A DNA stretch of 64,000 nt from Eledone cirrhosa (lineage: Eukaryota): positions 46,624,001 to 46,688,000 of the forward strand of contig OZ024747.1 of NCBI GenBank assembly GCA_964016885.1, given 5' to 3'. Of the stretch, positions 53,113 to 64,000 are shown piece by piece (positions within the stretch are counted from its first letter, which is position 1; every line of letters begins with the position of its first letter). A program made the translations under genes and the position numbers. The notes beneath the pieces were generated by a model, which made no database searches, was not told where the DNA came from, and saw only the letters and a list, made by a program, of their open reading frames with translations.

Positions 53113-53550
53113 AATTCTCAGTTTAAATCCTGTCTCCTTCTACCAGGAGTTGCGATAGACTGTTACTATTAGCAATAGAGAGACCAATTCTCAGTTTAAA
53201 TCTTGCCTTCTTCTACCAGGAGTTGCGATAGACTGTTACTATTAGCAATAGAGAGACCAATTCTCAGTTTAAATCCTGCCTCCTTCTACCAGGAGTTGCG
53301 ATAGACTGTTACTATTAGCAATAGAGAGACTAATTCTCAGTTTAAATCCTGCCTCCTTCTACCAGGAGTTGCGATAGTCTGTTACTATTAGCAATAGAGA
53401 GACCAATTCTCAGTTTAAATCCTGTCTCCTTCTACCAGGAGTTGCGATAGACTGTTACTATTAGCAATAGAGAGACCAATTCTCAGTTTAAATCCTGCCT
53501 CCTTCTACCAGAAGTTACGATCGTCTGTTACTATTAGCGATGGAGAGACC
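53113..53550. repeat. 73-bp tandem repeat, 6 copies
   Basis: Unit aattctcagtttaaatcctgcctccttctaccaggagttgcgatagactgttactattagcaatagagagacc starting at 53113, 53186, 53259, 53332, 53405 and 53478. Confidence 0.97.
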
Positions 53551-53684
53551 GATTGACACAGTGTTTCCAAGATCGATCCTCACAAAATCAATATAATTGA
53601 ATTAAACCCTTAAAGCTGGTGTCTTGTTATGGACAGTCTAATGCCTGACGCTTATTAAGAATATACCAATAAGAAATTACATAC

Positions 53685-54191
53685 CGTGAGTTCATTGTGG
53701 GAAAAATCAATGTAGCACAGAAGTTCCAATCTCTGAATATTATCAGGAGTTTTCACGATTGTGTTATGAGATACAAGAAGCGACTTCACCCTTGGTTTTT
53801 TTTTGCCACCAACTTCAGGAAGTTTTGTCAGTTTGTTGTAACTTAAATCGAATGTACCAAATGAATTGTATAAAGTCTTTCTTATTGACTTGATAGCATT
53901 ATGATTAACATCACAATATTCCAACCAATTTAACAAATGAATTTTCTTTGGAAGTGAACGAATACGATTCTGTGAAGCATATATGTGTTTCAATGAAATA
54001 CATTTATGGATTCCGGGAGGAAGGACCTTCATATTATTATTTGTGACATCTATCACGAGGAGATACGGCAGATTCGATACAGTCGGTGGGAGTTTATTTA
54101 GGAGATTATTTTTAAAATTTATTATTCGCAATTTTTCCATCATTCCAATGTCTTTATTGATACGCTTCAATCTGTTATTATTTGCAAAGAT
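53685..54191 (-). CDS. Leucine-rich-repeat protein, internal exon (169 codons, phase 0-0)
   Basis: Acceptor ttaacag|ATC and donor ACG|gtatgt. Splicing gives IDFSHNELT|VLPESIGAL, a complete LRR across the junction. Confidence 0.92.
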
Positions 54192-54307
54192 CTGTTAAGA
54201 ATATATTTAAGAAAGTAGACAAAATGTTAAATACGTCAATGAATACATCATAATTTTCTTTAACTAAAAACAAATCATCGACCTTAAAGAGAGAGAGGGA
54301 GAAAGAG

Positions 54308-54352
<45 letters not shown>

Positions 54353-54629
54353 TCGAAGTGATGTTAGTGAAATATATGAGGATAAATGTGTGCCTCTAAA
54401 GATGGAAACTAATTTTCTGCTTGGGAGGTATTTCGATGTTAAGATGGAGATAAACACAGTTTTGTTTTATATATTATGCTTGTATTTCTTAATACACATT
54501 CTTAGTGCAGTCATTATTAATATTAGGAGAACGTTTCCCATCAGATGAGGGTTAATGTTTTGAGCATGTTTGCTGCTGTAGGTATCAATAAGTAGATAAA
54601 TAAAAACCTATAAATTGCTTGATCCGATT

Positions 54630-55212
54630 CTATGTCAAACCGCTTCTATCGCATGTAGGACCAGCTGAGTCCATTGTGAAGATCGCTCCACCTCCTTCTT
54701 TTGGCCGGGAAGGGCAGGCAATTTTCCTCTGACTTGTGGGGGTAGCGAAAGAGGTTGTGTGGTGGATCAGGTTGAAACCACTGATGACAGATGCGTTTCT
54801 CTTCGGCCAATCCCTCTTTAACTTTCTCAAGTTTCATTTGGAAAAGATGGTGAGGGTGGAGAGAGAAGTGCTGCTCTCCAGTACATTTGCTAAAAGGTGG
54901 GTGAATGTGGCGAAAATGGCCTATGCGAATGGGCCTACGCTGAGCATGCACCTGTGGGCTGGTTAATTATAGGTGGCGAGGGGTACCCTTCCCAGGTGCC
55001 CTCTAAGCGTCGGGTGGTTCAGGATTAGTGGGGGTACATGTGTCGCCCCTGGGTGTTTCACCTCTCGCTCTTGGGGAATTTATTTTGTTATATTTTTATT
55101 GTTAATTGTTTTTGTTAATTTGTTGTTTTTTACTCGATATTATTGTAAACCCCCCACTGTCCCCGTCTATCGTATTGTCGCCTTTACGTCGGCCATTGTG
55201 GCCAATAAATGA
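54630..55212 (+). mobile_element. Tx1-like LINE 3' fragment
   Basis: VAKEVVWWIRLK...SGQ-like..RVEREVL..FAKRWVNVAKMA is homologous to the end of ORF2; ends gtggccaataaa. A further short 3' remnant lies at ~55255-55563. Confidence 0.85.
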
Positions 55213-55569
55213 AACAACAAATATTATTATTATTATTGTTGTGTTTATCATCTGATATGACACGGTGCATAGGCGCCGATGCTCCATTTATTAGATGGGG
55301 TGAGGCTGACCCTGTGCCTATCTTTTGAGTATGTGCCTGTAAATTGAAGGTGGAAAACTGGTAGAGGGCACTTGCCCTGGTGGTCAGGGTCACGATGGCT
55401 TTCTCCACGATGGCCCTCGGAAGTCTTACCCCTATTGGGGAATTTTTCATTGTTTCATTTTTGTTACATCCTCTGTTTTTGTTTACACGGAGAAATGCCC
55501 ATTTGTACCGTCCTGTATTGTTCCGTATTGTACTTGATGTCTTACTTTGTGTATGTTAATAAAGAAAGC

Positions 55570-55756
55570 ATGGATTGGCAGTATCGGTAGAGGGACGCCA
55601 TGCTTTCCAGCATAGTTACGTCCCTTTACGATCTGAGTTCAAATCCCGCCGAGGTTGACTTTGCCTTTCATCCTTACGGGGTCGATAAAATAAAGTACCA
55701 GTAAGGCACTGGGTAATTGCTGGCCTTGTGCCTAAAGTAGAAACAATTATTATTAT
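55570..55756 (+). mobile_element. tRNA-derived SINE (Meta-like core)
   Basis: Same family as 20284; (ATT)n tail. Confidence 0.88.
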
Positions 55757-56180
55757 TGTTCTTTGAGTCTCAGTCATTGATGTTATTTAACTGGAAAGTT
55801 TGTTGAAATGAATATCCAGCTGCTACCTGCAGCCTCAGATATTCAGGACGTTTCGGAGGGTTCTTGCTGTTCCCAGCAAGCATGCCTTTTGAAGTGTTCC
55901 AAAAAGCGGGGCTGGACTAATCTTCTTTAACCATCCTTGGAGACTCTTTGAGATAGTACCCAGTGCGCCTATGACAATCGGGACGACCTTGATGTCATGG
56001 CAGTTCCAAATCTTTTTTAACTCCCACTTTAAGTCCTGGTATCGGTTAATTTTCCCCCTCTCCTTTTCTTGTCCTCTCGTGTCAAATGGGCAGGCTACAT
56101 CTACAATCAGGCACGATCTTTTTTCCTTGTCCCAAAACCACCAGGTCAGGCCTATTGTGTTTGATTTTTTATGTTTTTGA
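55757..56180 (-). mobile_element. R4/Dong-like LINE 3' fragment (restriction-like endonuclease), absent from the ORF track
   Basis: Minus: HNRPDLVV / LIVDVACPFD..EKERGKINRYQDLKWELKKIW..VVPIVIGALG..LQKACLLGTARTLRNVL; ends in (AAT)n. Confidence 0.88.
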
Positions 56181-56329
56181 AACTTTTATACAGAATATTA
56201 TACATAGTTGTGTAGCTAAAAAAAACCTCTTTCAAAGAACAGCTGGTTGTTCAGAAAGGGGAACAGCCAATTTCCTCCAATCGCAAGGCAGTAGAAACAA
56301 CAACAAAAGCAGCAGCAGCCACAATGGCA

Positions 56330-57388
56330 GTAGCAGTTACAACAACAACTGTAATAGCAGCAGGTAGAACTGGCAACCGAGTAGCAGGTCCAAAGGGCTA
56401 TGGGTGCCGTCTGGGCACAGAAAACCTACATAGGCCGAGGATCGAAGTATGGCACACTGGATGTTCTTTTTCTACACCCGAAGAAGCCAACGCCACTCCG
56501 CAGTGACGAAATCATAATGATGCGCACATACTGCGGCCATAGAGTCATGAGGGTCTGAGTGACCCAGGTTCCGTCCTCAGTGGAGATCGTGTGGCTGATG
56601 GCGGCCGTCTTCGCTGACGTCGTAGAGTCTACAATTATCCTAGAGGTCATGCGGATAAGACAGGAAACCTGGACAGGCTCGAGGATGGAGCTAATCATCC
56701 AAGCAGACCACGAGAGCATAGAGGCCATCTCCGATGTGATCGACCTGAACGACGGCAGCCATCTTCCCGTCACTCTCGAATGTAGGCGCCCAAGGTGTCA
56801 TGGATGCGGTGACAAGACACACCGTAAGGCCTTCTGCTTCAAACTCACCAAGACAGGCACGCGTCACCCCTTCTCTCTACGCCGTGCCCCGCGACTGGAG
56901 TGGACAAACCAACCAAGGCCGCAATGACAGAAGAAAAATTACCAGCACCAACAACAAAAACACCATCTCCTCCACCACCAACAAGACCAATGGAGAGCAT
57001 GCCCTTTCCCGATATTGCTAAATCGGACAAGGAGTGTGATGACGCCGAAGAGGGGGGGGGGGTATCCCAGCAAAAAAAAGGAAGGACTACCTACCTTCGC
57101 CCCCCCCCCCAAAAAAAAAGAGGAAGAAAGAAACCCAAAACAGAAAATGAAAAAGTCAACGACCCCACCATCAACAACCATACCCCACAACCACCTACAC
57201 CGTCACCATCACCATCACCACGAGCATCTACCCCATCGTCACCTCCAACAACACCACAGCAAACACAGAAAGCACCAACATCACGACAGCAGACACAATA
57301 CACAGCTATAGAAACAGACAACACAAGGCTAAATTACATTCAACACCACACCAACATCACAGAAACAAACTACATACAGACCACCAAA

Positions 57389-57460
<72 letters not shown>

Positions 57461-57950
57461 ACACTCACAAAAACAATTGAAATCATCCCCCAAAATTACA
57501 TAACATTAAAAAAACTGTTTCCCGCATCAATTGGAGACTACCGAGGGAACATCACTAAAAGAATATTCTCAGACATTCTCGTTGAAAATCTCGCCACTGG
57601 TCGGAGGGATGGATCACCCACCCTCTTCCTAAAAGAGAGCCACAGGTAAAGTTTGTTTACTTTTCCCCTCTCACTTGTTTCCCTCCTATCTTAGCCAACA
57701 TGGCTTCTCTCAGGATAGGCAACATAAATGGATGTGGCCTGGGGTCGTCTTGAAAGCAGTCTCACCTGCTCAACGATCTCAGGTCGCTAAACATAGATGT
57801 GGTGGCCATCACCGAGACCAGAATTTCCGAGGCACGGGCATTCGCACCCATTTTCGACGGCTACGAGACGTACATATCTCCAAGCCGTCCTGGATCTGGT
57901 GCGGGTTGGGAGTGGCTGTGTTGTTCCGGAGAAGTCTGGATCTCGAAATA
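56330..57950 (+). mobile_element. Second Tx1-like family: decayed ORF1 and start of ORF2
   Basis: RRPRCHGCGDKTHRKAFC knuckle and Pro/Thr-rich tail. ORF2 ATG at 57700 (MASLRIGNINGCGLG...VVAITETR), truncated. Confidence 0.82.
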
Positions 57951-57954
57951 CGGA

Positions 57955-59240
57955 CCAGTGGTCAACCACTGGTCAGCCACTGGTCTCAATTTATGACTGC
58001 GAAGATGACTTTTGAATCCAGCTTTGCTGAGGCAGAGTCTCGCACAGACGCTGCATGTCAGCGCCATAGGAGGACCTTCGCTGTCTGGAAATGTAACAGA
58101 AATGCCTTTCCTCACATCCCTTTTTACTTTCTCGTATGCGATTCGAGATGCTTCAAAAGCAACTTTCCCCTCATGTACAGTCTTCCTTCATTTATTACGA
58201 TCAGCAGCTACGCTTTCCCATGTCTCAGCAGAGAGGTTAGCGTCTCTCAAAGAGGCTTTCAACGTATCCTTATATCTCTTTTGGGGTTTATGTGGAGGTT
58301 GTTTTCCTTTAACTGACTCTCCATAAAAGAGTTGTTTCAGTATTCTAGAATCCTTCATCCTGGCAAGGTGACCACTCCAACAGAGTCTTTGCATAAGCAC
58401 AAGAGCTTCTATACTTTCACACAGAGAGCTTTCCAAAATCTCGATATCACTGATGTGGTCCCTCCAGTGAACGCCATGGATCCGCCTGAGACACATCTGA
58501 TGGAAACGCTCCAGTCGTTTAAGGTAGTGTCAATATGTGACCCAGGTCTCTCAGGCATAAAGAAGAGAAGAGAGCACACATGCCTTGTACACCTTTACCT
58601 TTTTCTTCTTGCATATGTCTCGCCAACCTGAGAGTTGCCTTTCTAGCTTTCCGAAAGCATCACTTGCTTTCCTAATCCTAAGTGGAATTTCATTATCAAG
58701 ATTGCTGTAGAAAAACTGTAGACAAACTGATCAACCACTCCAAGTCGTTTACCATACACATAGATATTTGGTTCACTGTACTGCTTACCAGGGGCAGGTT
58801 GATACATGACAATGGTTTTCTTGAGACAAACGGTCAATCCTAGGGCAGTGCAAGCATCAGAAAATGCATTCAAAATGTGCTGCATATCAATCTCTGTGTG
58901 CGCTACAAGATCGCAATCATCTGCATACAAGAGGTATATTATGATTGATGGAAATACTTTTCTTTTTGCAGCAAAGCGCCTGATGTTAACTATGCTACCA
59001 GAGGTTCGATAGTAGATGCTTGCAATTCCTTAATCGGTCGGTGCTGTAATATCCCCCTGTTTCACTCCATTTTTCACTGAGATGGGCTCCGACATGTTAC
59101 CTCTGACATTAACCTAAGCCTTCATGTCGTCATGGAAAGACCTAACCAAAGCAAGGAACTTATCAGGGCCACCAAGTTTCTGGAGAACCTTCCACAATGC
59201 ATTTCTGTTAAAAGTATCGAAAGCTTTTGTTAAATCGACA
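57955..59240 (-). mobile_element. RTE-clade LINE, 5'-truncated and degenerate
   Basis: VDLTKAFD, GVKQG, YADDC, WSGHLARM..SRILKQLFYGE and terminal CSVCARLCLSKAGFKSHLRSH. Confidence 0.9.
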
Positions 59241-59264
59241 ATATATATATATATATATATAATT

Positions 59265-59515
59265 GAAAACGAAAAATGAGTGATGCATCTGAACTCAATT
59301 TATTGTGTGTTACAATAGTTTCGCCGGTGGACAGCTCGAAACGCGCTCATTGTGTGGATCTGTCTGATTCTGAAATCATTAGACGTGTCCGTCGAACCTG
59401 CGGGTCCAGAATCAGACAGATCCACACAATGATCGCGTCTCGAGCTGTCCGCCGGTGAAACAATTGTAACACACAATAAATTGAGTTCAGAGGCATCACT
59501 GATTTTTCGTTTTCT
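59265..59515. repeat. Fold-back of the HHR family seen at 27524 (core mutated to CCGTCGA)
   Basis: Arms ~59265-59372 / 59407-59515; gtgt-CCGTCGA-acctgcgg...ccgccggt-GAAA-caattg-TA-acac. Confidence 0.75.
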
Positions 59516-59591
59516 ATTATATCATATTCTGGTCTGAAAGAGCATAGAGTGCTCAACTGGCATACCACCTATGGAAGCATCTTAGCTACCA

Positions 59592-59699
<108 letters not shown>

Positions 59700-59929
59700 A
59701 CGCACACGCACACGCACACAGACACACACACACACATATGTATATATGTGTGTGTATATATATATATATGTATGTATGTATGTGTATATATATATGTATA
59801 TACATATGTATATATATATATTAATAAAAGGAATTCAAACTTTGTCTGATTTACTCGTTTTATTTACAATCCTTTAAAATTTATAATGGTGTTAGAATGA
59901 AATAGTATGGTAGAATATTAAATGTTAAG

Positions 59930-59967
59930 TGAACAAGTACTTTCATGCTTTCGCAATCTTCAGGTTC
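59930..59967 (-). ncRNA. Minimal hammerhead ribozyme (inverted PLE terminus)
   Basis: Minus: gaac-CTGAAGA-t-tgc(gaaa)gca-t-GAAA-gtac-TT-gttc. Confidence 0.88.
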
Positions 59968-60002
59968 TTAATGTGTGGTGACAATCATTACTCCTAGATA
60001 TA

Positions 60003-60911
60003 ATGATAATCAAAAACGACACCACCATTACCACCGATATATATTATAAACACACAGACACCCATCAATATCTGAATTTTAAGTCGTGCCATCCACGTCA
60101 TACAAAACGCAACATCCCATACTGTCTAGCCAGAAGAATTTGTTCCATTGTAGAAGATACGAATACCAGGTACAAACGCCTAACAGAACTAAGAGAATTT
60201 TTGCTCAAACAAAAATACCCATCTCTACTTATAGAAAATGGCATACAGCGGACTATAAACATACCTATACAACAACTTAAGACAACCCAAGGAAGAAGAA
60301 ACCAAGAACTGGTCATACCATTTATAATGACACACAACCCATTTCCCCAGAATATCTTCAACACTGCCAAAGCAAACCTACCGATCATTGCTCAAAGTAA
60401 TGAATTAAAAGGCTTAATCACAGATCGATCTTTGACTCCTAGTAAAATACAGCCGAAAAATTTGAAGCAATTACTAACAAAAGCAAAGTTTGACCTTAAC
60501 AACAAAGACCAATCATTCACTGTATCTAAATGCAATGATAGTCGATGTGGCACATGTCAATCCATACACGCCGGTCAATATATGAAAACAAAAACTGGAA
60601 AAATATTCCCTAATGCAAATATGAACTGCAAAAGCAGAAATCTAATTTACTGCATTAAATGCCCGAATTATGAAGAACTATATGTCGATCAAACTGGAAA
60701 TGCACCATCGGAACGTGCACGGGTACACCGACAGCAAATCAGAGACCCAGATATCCGTCAGATACCCCTAAGTAACCATCTAGCAACATGTGGTCAGGGA
60801 ATTTTTATAATATTCCCATTCTACAAATTACACAGCCCAAGTGAAATCAAGAGAAAAATCAAAGAAAAGAATTTTATTGATAAATTCAAACCCAAGCTAA
60901 ATGAACAATAA
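60003..60911 (+). pseudogene. PLE ORF C-terminal fragment (RT thumb, Cys linker, GIY-YIG), Neptune-like
   Basis: TDIYYKHTDTHQYL..SCHP, CNDSRCGTC, NLIYCIKC..LYVDQTG..R..H and E..FI....P.LN. Confidence 0.9.
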
Positions 60912-60915
60912 TAAT

Positions 60916-61098
60916 TGTTTCTACTTTTGGCACAAGGCCAGCAAATACCCAGTACATTACTGGTACTTTATTTTATCGACCCCGTATGGATGAAAGGCAA
61001 AGTTAACCTCGGCGGGATTTGAAATCAGATCATAACGGGACATAACTATGCTAGAAAGCATATCCGACCATCTACCGATACTGCCAATTCACCGCCCT
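60916..61098 (-). mobile_element. SINE inserted at the PLE stop codon, with target-site duplication
   Basis: taaatgaacaataataat at 60898-60915 and 61099-61116. Confidence 0.9.
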
Positions 61099-61475
61099 TA
61101 AATGAACAATAATAATGGGGTGTCCTACTATGACTATGACTACGACCACTAACAACAACAACAACAACAATAATAATAATATAAAAGTGATGTTGATGGT
61201 GATGATTACTAGAAAATGCTATTTTCATCATTTCTAAAAATAGCAGAACAATTGATGCTTTAGATAGGGTCAATTAGTAGTCGTTAGACATGCTCAACCA
61301 ACCGTGACGCCTAAACCAATCAGCTTTAGTAATCCAGCGAAACTACACACCGATTGGTCGAAATACATTTTGCAAGATTTAGCATTCTGGAGCCACTTTT
61401 CACTGTATATAAGGCACAAAATTTACCCATCTCATTACAGTTGAAAATTGCAAACTTGACTGTCAGCACATATTA

Positions 61476-61514
61476 TGAACCTGAAGATTGCAAAAGCATG
61501 AAAGTACTTGTTCA
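61476..61514 (+). ncRNA. Minimal hammerhead ribozyme (PLE 3' terminus)
   Basis: tgaac-CTGAAGA-t-tgc(aaaa)gca-t-GAAA-gtac-TT-gttca. Confidence 0.9.
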
Positions 61515-61666
61515 ATTAACACTTAACATTTAATATTCTACCATACTATTTCATTCTAATACCATTATACATTTTAAAGGATTGTAAATAAAACGAGTAA
61601 ATCAGACAAAGTTGGAATTCCTTTTATTAATATAATCTTCTATACACAATCATACACACCCGTGTA

Positions 61667-61751
<85 letters not shown>

Positions 61752-61754
61752 ATC

Positions 61755-64000
61755 AGACGTGTGTAACTTCGCGGAGAAGTTTCCGTTAATTTATGTATGA
61801 AAAAAACGTGAGTTTTAGTTAAATTTTATATCATTGTGTAACTTGACCACCCGTCTGGACCTTCAGGTAGTGGGTCAACTCATTTTCGCCACTACAGGGG
61901 CGGAATATCCATTTAAAAAATTTTTCTCCATCGAATCTTGGAAAAAATATTGTAAAATTTTGATTACGTTATGAACGCTGCGTCCAACGATAATGGTGGT
62001 GGAGAGGCGGTAAGACTACAAAGCTCGCAGTCAACAACGTCTTCTTCACTAGATACTATAGAGATGGAAAAACGAAATGAAAACGTAAAAACGAATTCAT
62101 ATTCAAACAACACAAATGACACCAAACAATTCAATGACAACAAAAATAACAGCAACACCAATAATGATGATAAAAGTAACACTGATAACAACAACAAAGA
62201 AAAAAATAAAGACAACACCAACAACACCAGCATCAAAGACAACAACAACACCAAGGAAAATACGGATGATACCAACATCGGTGACAACAAGAATAACAAC
62301 AACAATAACAACAATAATGACAACACCACCAATACGGATTCCACAAAGAAACCAAAATCTCCTTTGCAGAGAAAGTTCAAAAGAAGGAAGAATTGATATA
62401 TCTCGACATAACAAATGCTGAACAACTTTTAAAGGACGCTAAGAGATATGTCACTTTCGAAAAAAAATGGTGCTTTCAGCATCAATTCTCCGGTAGAAAT
62501 TCGCAAGGAAACTGCTCTCAAAACGATAGTTTTTAGGACTGTTTCCAATTCTACCCGAAAACCAGTCCAACTGTCACAGAAAGAAATTGAACTGGTTTTC
62601 AAAAATTCAATGAATGATATTGCATTCATTCAAAGAAGCAAACTTTTTGGGAGTTTTTCGGTACTCATGAAGGATCAATTGACGGCCCAAAATTACTCTG
62701 TGTCGCCAATTGTATCCAACCTGTACACCTTTTTCCCTACATACATGGGAAAAAGGACACAAAAGATCAGAATCACGAGTGTCACACCAAAGGTGAACAT
62801 ATGGTGGACACTGTGCGGCTTCATCAATTTTGATGAAGACAGAATACTGTCAGTAGGAAAGTCCCCCAGAGATGTATTCAATGGGACTAGCATTGAAGTT
62901 CTGGTGCAAATGAGCCCAGAGCGAATAGCTATGATCCCACAGCGTGTACTCCTGGACGGACTCACCTACATAAACTTTTCGGTTGAGGGTAGGCGGCCTT
63001 CATGTTACCATTGCTTTAGCAGGGGTCACCTGAGGGCTTCCTGTCCTAAATTAATGAACCAAAAAAAGGCTCTTCTGCCGACACCCATCAAAACAACACA
63101 ACCACCAACACCACCACAACAACAACAACACCAACACACAAAAATAACCACAACAAACACAGTCCCACCCAACCCCACTCCACCTAAAACCACTGCAAAA
63201 TCACATACAGACACCACAGCTCCCCAAGACATACCTCTCCCCAATCACACAGACGATATAACAGATGAGGCTATCTCGCCATCACCCAGTGAAGACGAGG
63301 GAGAACCCCATCGCTCGAAAAGAAAGAAAAGACATCACAAAAGCAAAAAACCAGCAAACACTACCACAAACATACAACCACCAACACAAACAACAAAAAC
63401 ATCACAAACCAAACTCCCACCTCCTGAAAACAAAATACCTACAACAAAACGAAAGCACACACAAGAACTACAGACAAAAACAAACACAACACAAGAAAAT
63501 TACACTTACACTTACATAAACACTGAAAACAAAACACTAATGGAGACTATTACGAACGACCCTTCGGTGAAAACCGAAGGGAAAACTTTCGCCCACTCTA
63601 TTAAAAATAGCAAAAAACTGAACCTAAAACTGATTCGGGTCCCTATACAAACTTATAGGTCCCTAAAAGAAACATTTGAGAAGGATGTGGGGAATTCCTG
63701 CGTGAAACCACTCAACCGCGTCCTTCTCAAATGCCTCCCCACCCCAGACACCCCCATCCCACCAGACACCACCCCACCAAACATCTGCGTCCCCACCCCG
63801 CCGGAAACCACCACCCTTCCAGACAACCCCTCCAACACCCCCATGGAAATCGTGCGGCCTGGTCCCCATGAGGCGAAGGGTGAGTGATCTCTTTTCCTCT
63901 TTTAACTTTTCAACACCAACATGGCCGATATAAGAGTTGGATGTGTGAACGTACGCGGCCTGGGGGTGCCTTGGAAACAGGGCAAACTCTTAAACGACCT
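61755..64000 (+). mobile_element. Tx1-like LINE 5' part related to 7078-12797: 5' UTR, frameshifted ORF1 (61971-63887) and ORF2 start at 63921; runs off window
   Basis: Shared agacgtg start, CYHCFSRGHLRASC and MADIRVGCVNVRGLG; preceded by (TCTA)n. Confidence 0.92.

Larger units (their letters stand above)
59821..61632 (+). mobile_element. 5'-truncated Penelope-like element with inverted terminal copy
   Basis: 59821-59967 is the reverse complement of 61477-61632. The internal ORF encodes RT thumb, Cys linker and GIY-YIG. Confidence 0.92.

Noticed and set aside
53113-53550. 73-bp repeat as a CRISPR or tRNA array
   Set aside because: Contiguous identical units with no spacers and no cloverleaf.

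Overview
Eukaryotic, AT-rich, microsatellite-dense genomic DNA. The SINE families and repeat landscape suggest a cephalopod, probably Octopus (inference, not database-checked). The only host gene I can support is a minus-strand leucine-rich-repeat gene: two phase-0 exons at 53685-54191 and 40143-41690 joined across a ~12 kb intron, with its 5' exons not found. The rest is mobile DNA: one full-length but inactivated Tx1/L1-clade LINE (7078-12797) plus relatives and 3' fragments, RTE fragments, two R4/Dong-type restriction-like-endonuclease LINE ends sitting in microsatellites, Penelope-like element (PLE) fragments, tRNA-derived SINEs, a deleted mariner, MITEs and a small Helitron. The main signal not shown by the ORF track is about 20 type I hammerhead ribozyme (HHR) motifs from roughly 10 sequence families, all folded by eye. 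They include two non-coding tandem units (420 nt and 628 nt, one HHR per unit) with the architecture of non-LTR retrozymes, i.e. candidate self-cleaving circular RNAs. Most ORFs in the track are translated microsatellites. Coordinates were counted by hand and repeat boundaries are approximate.
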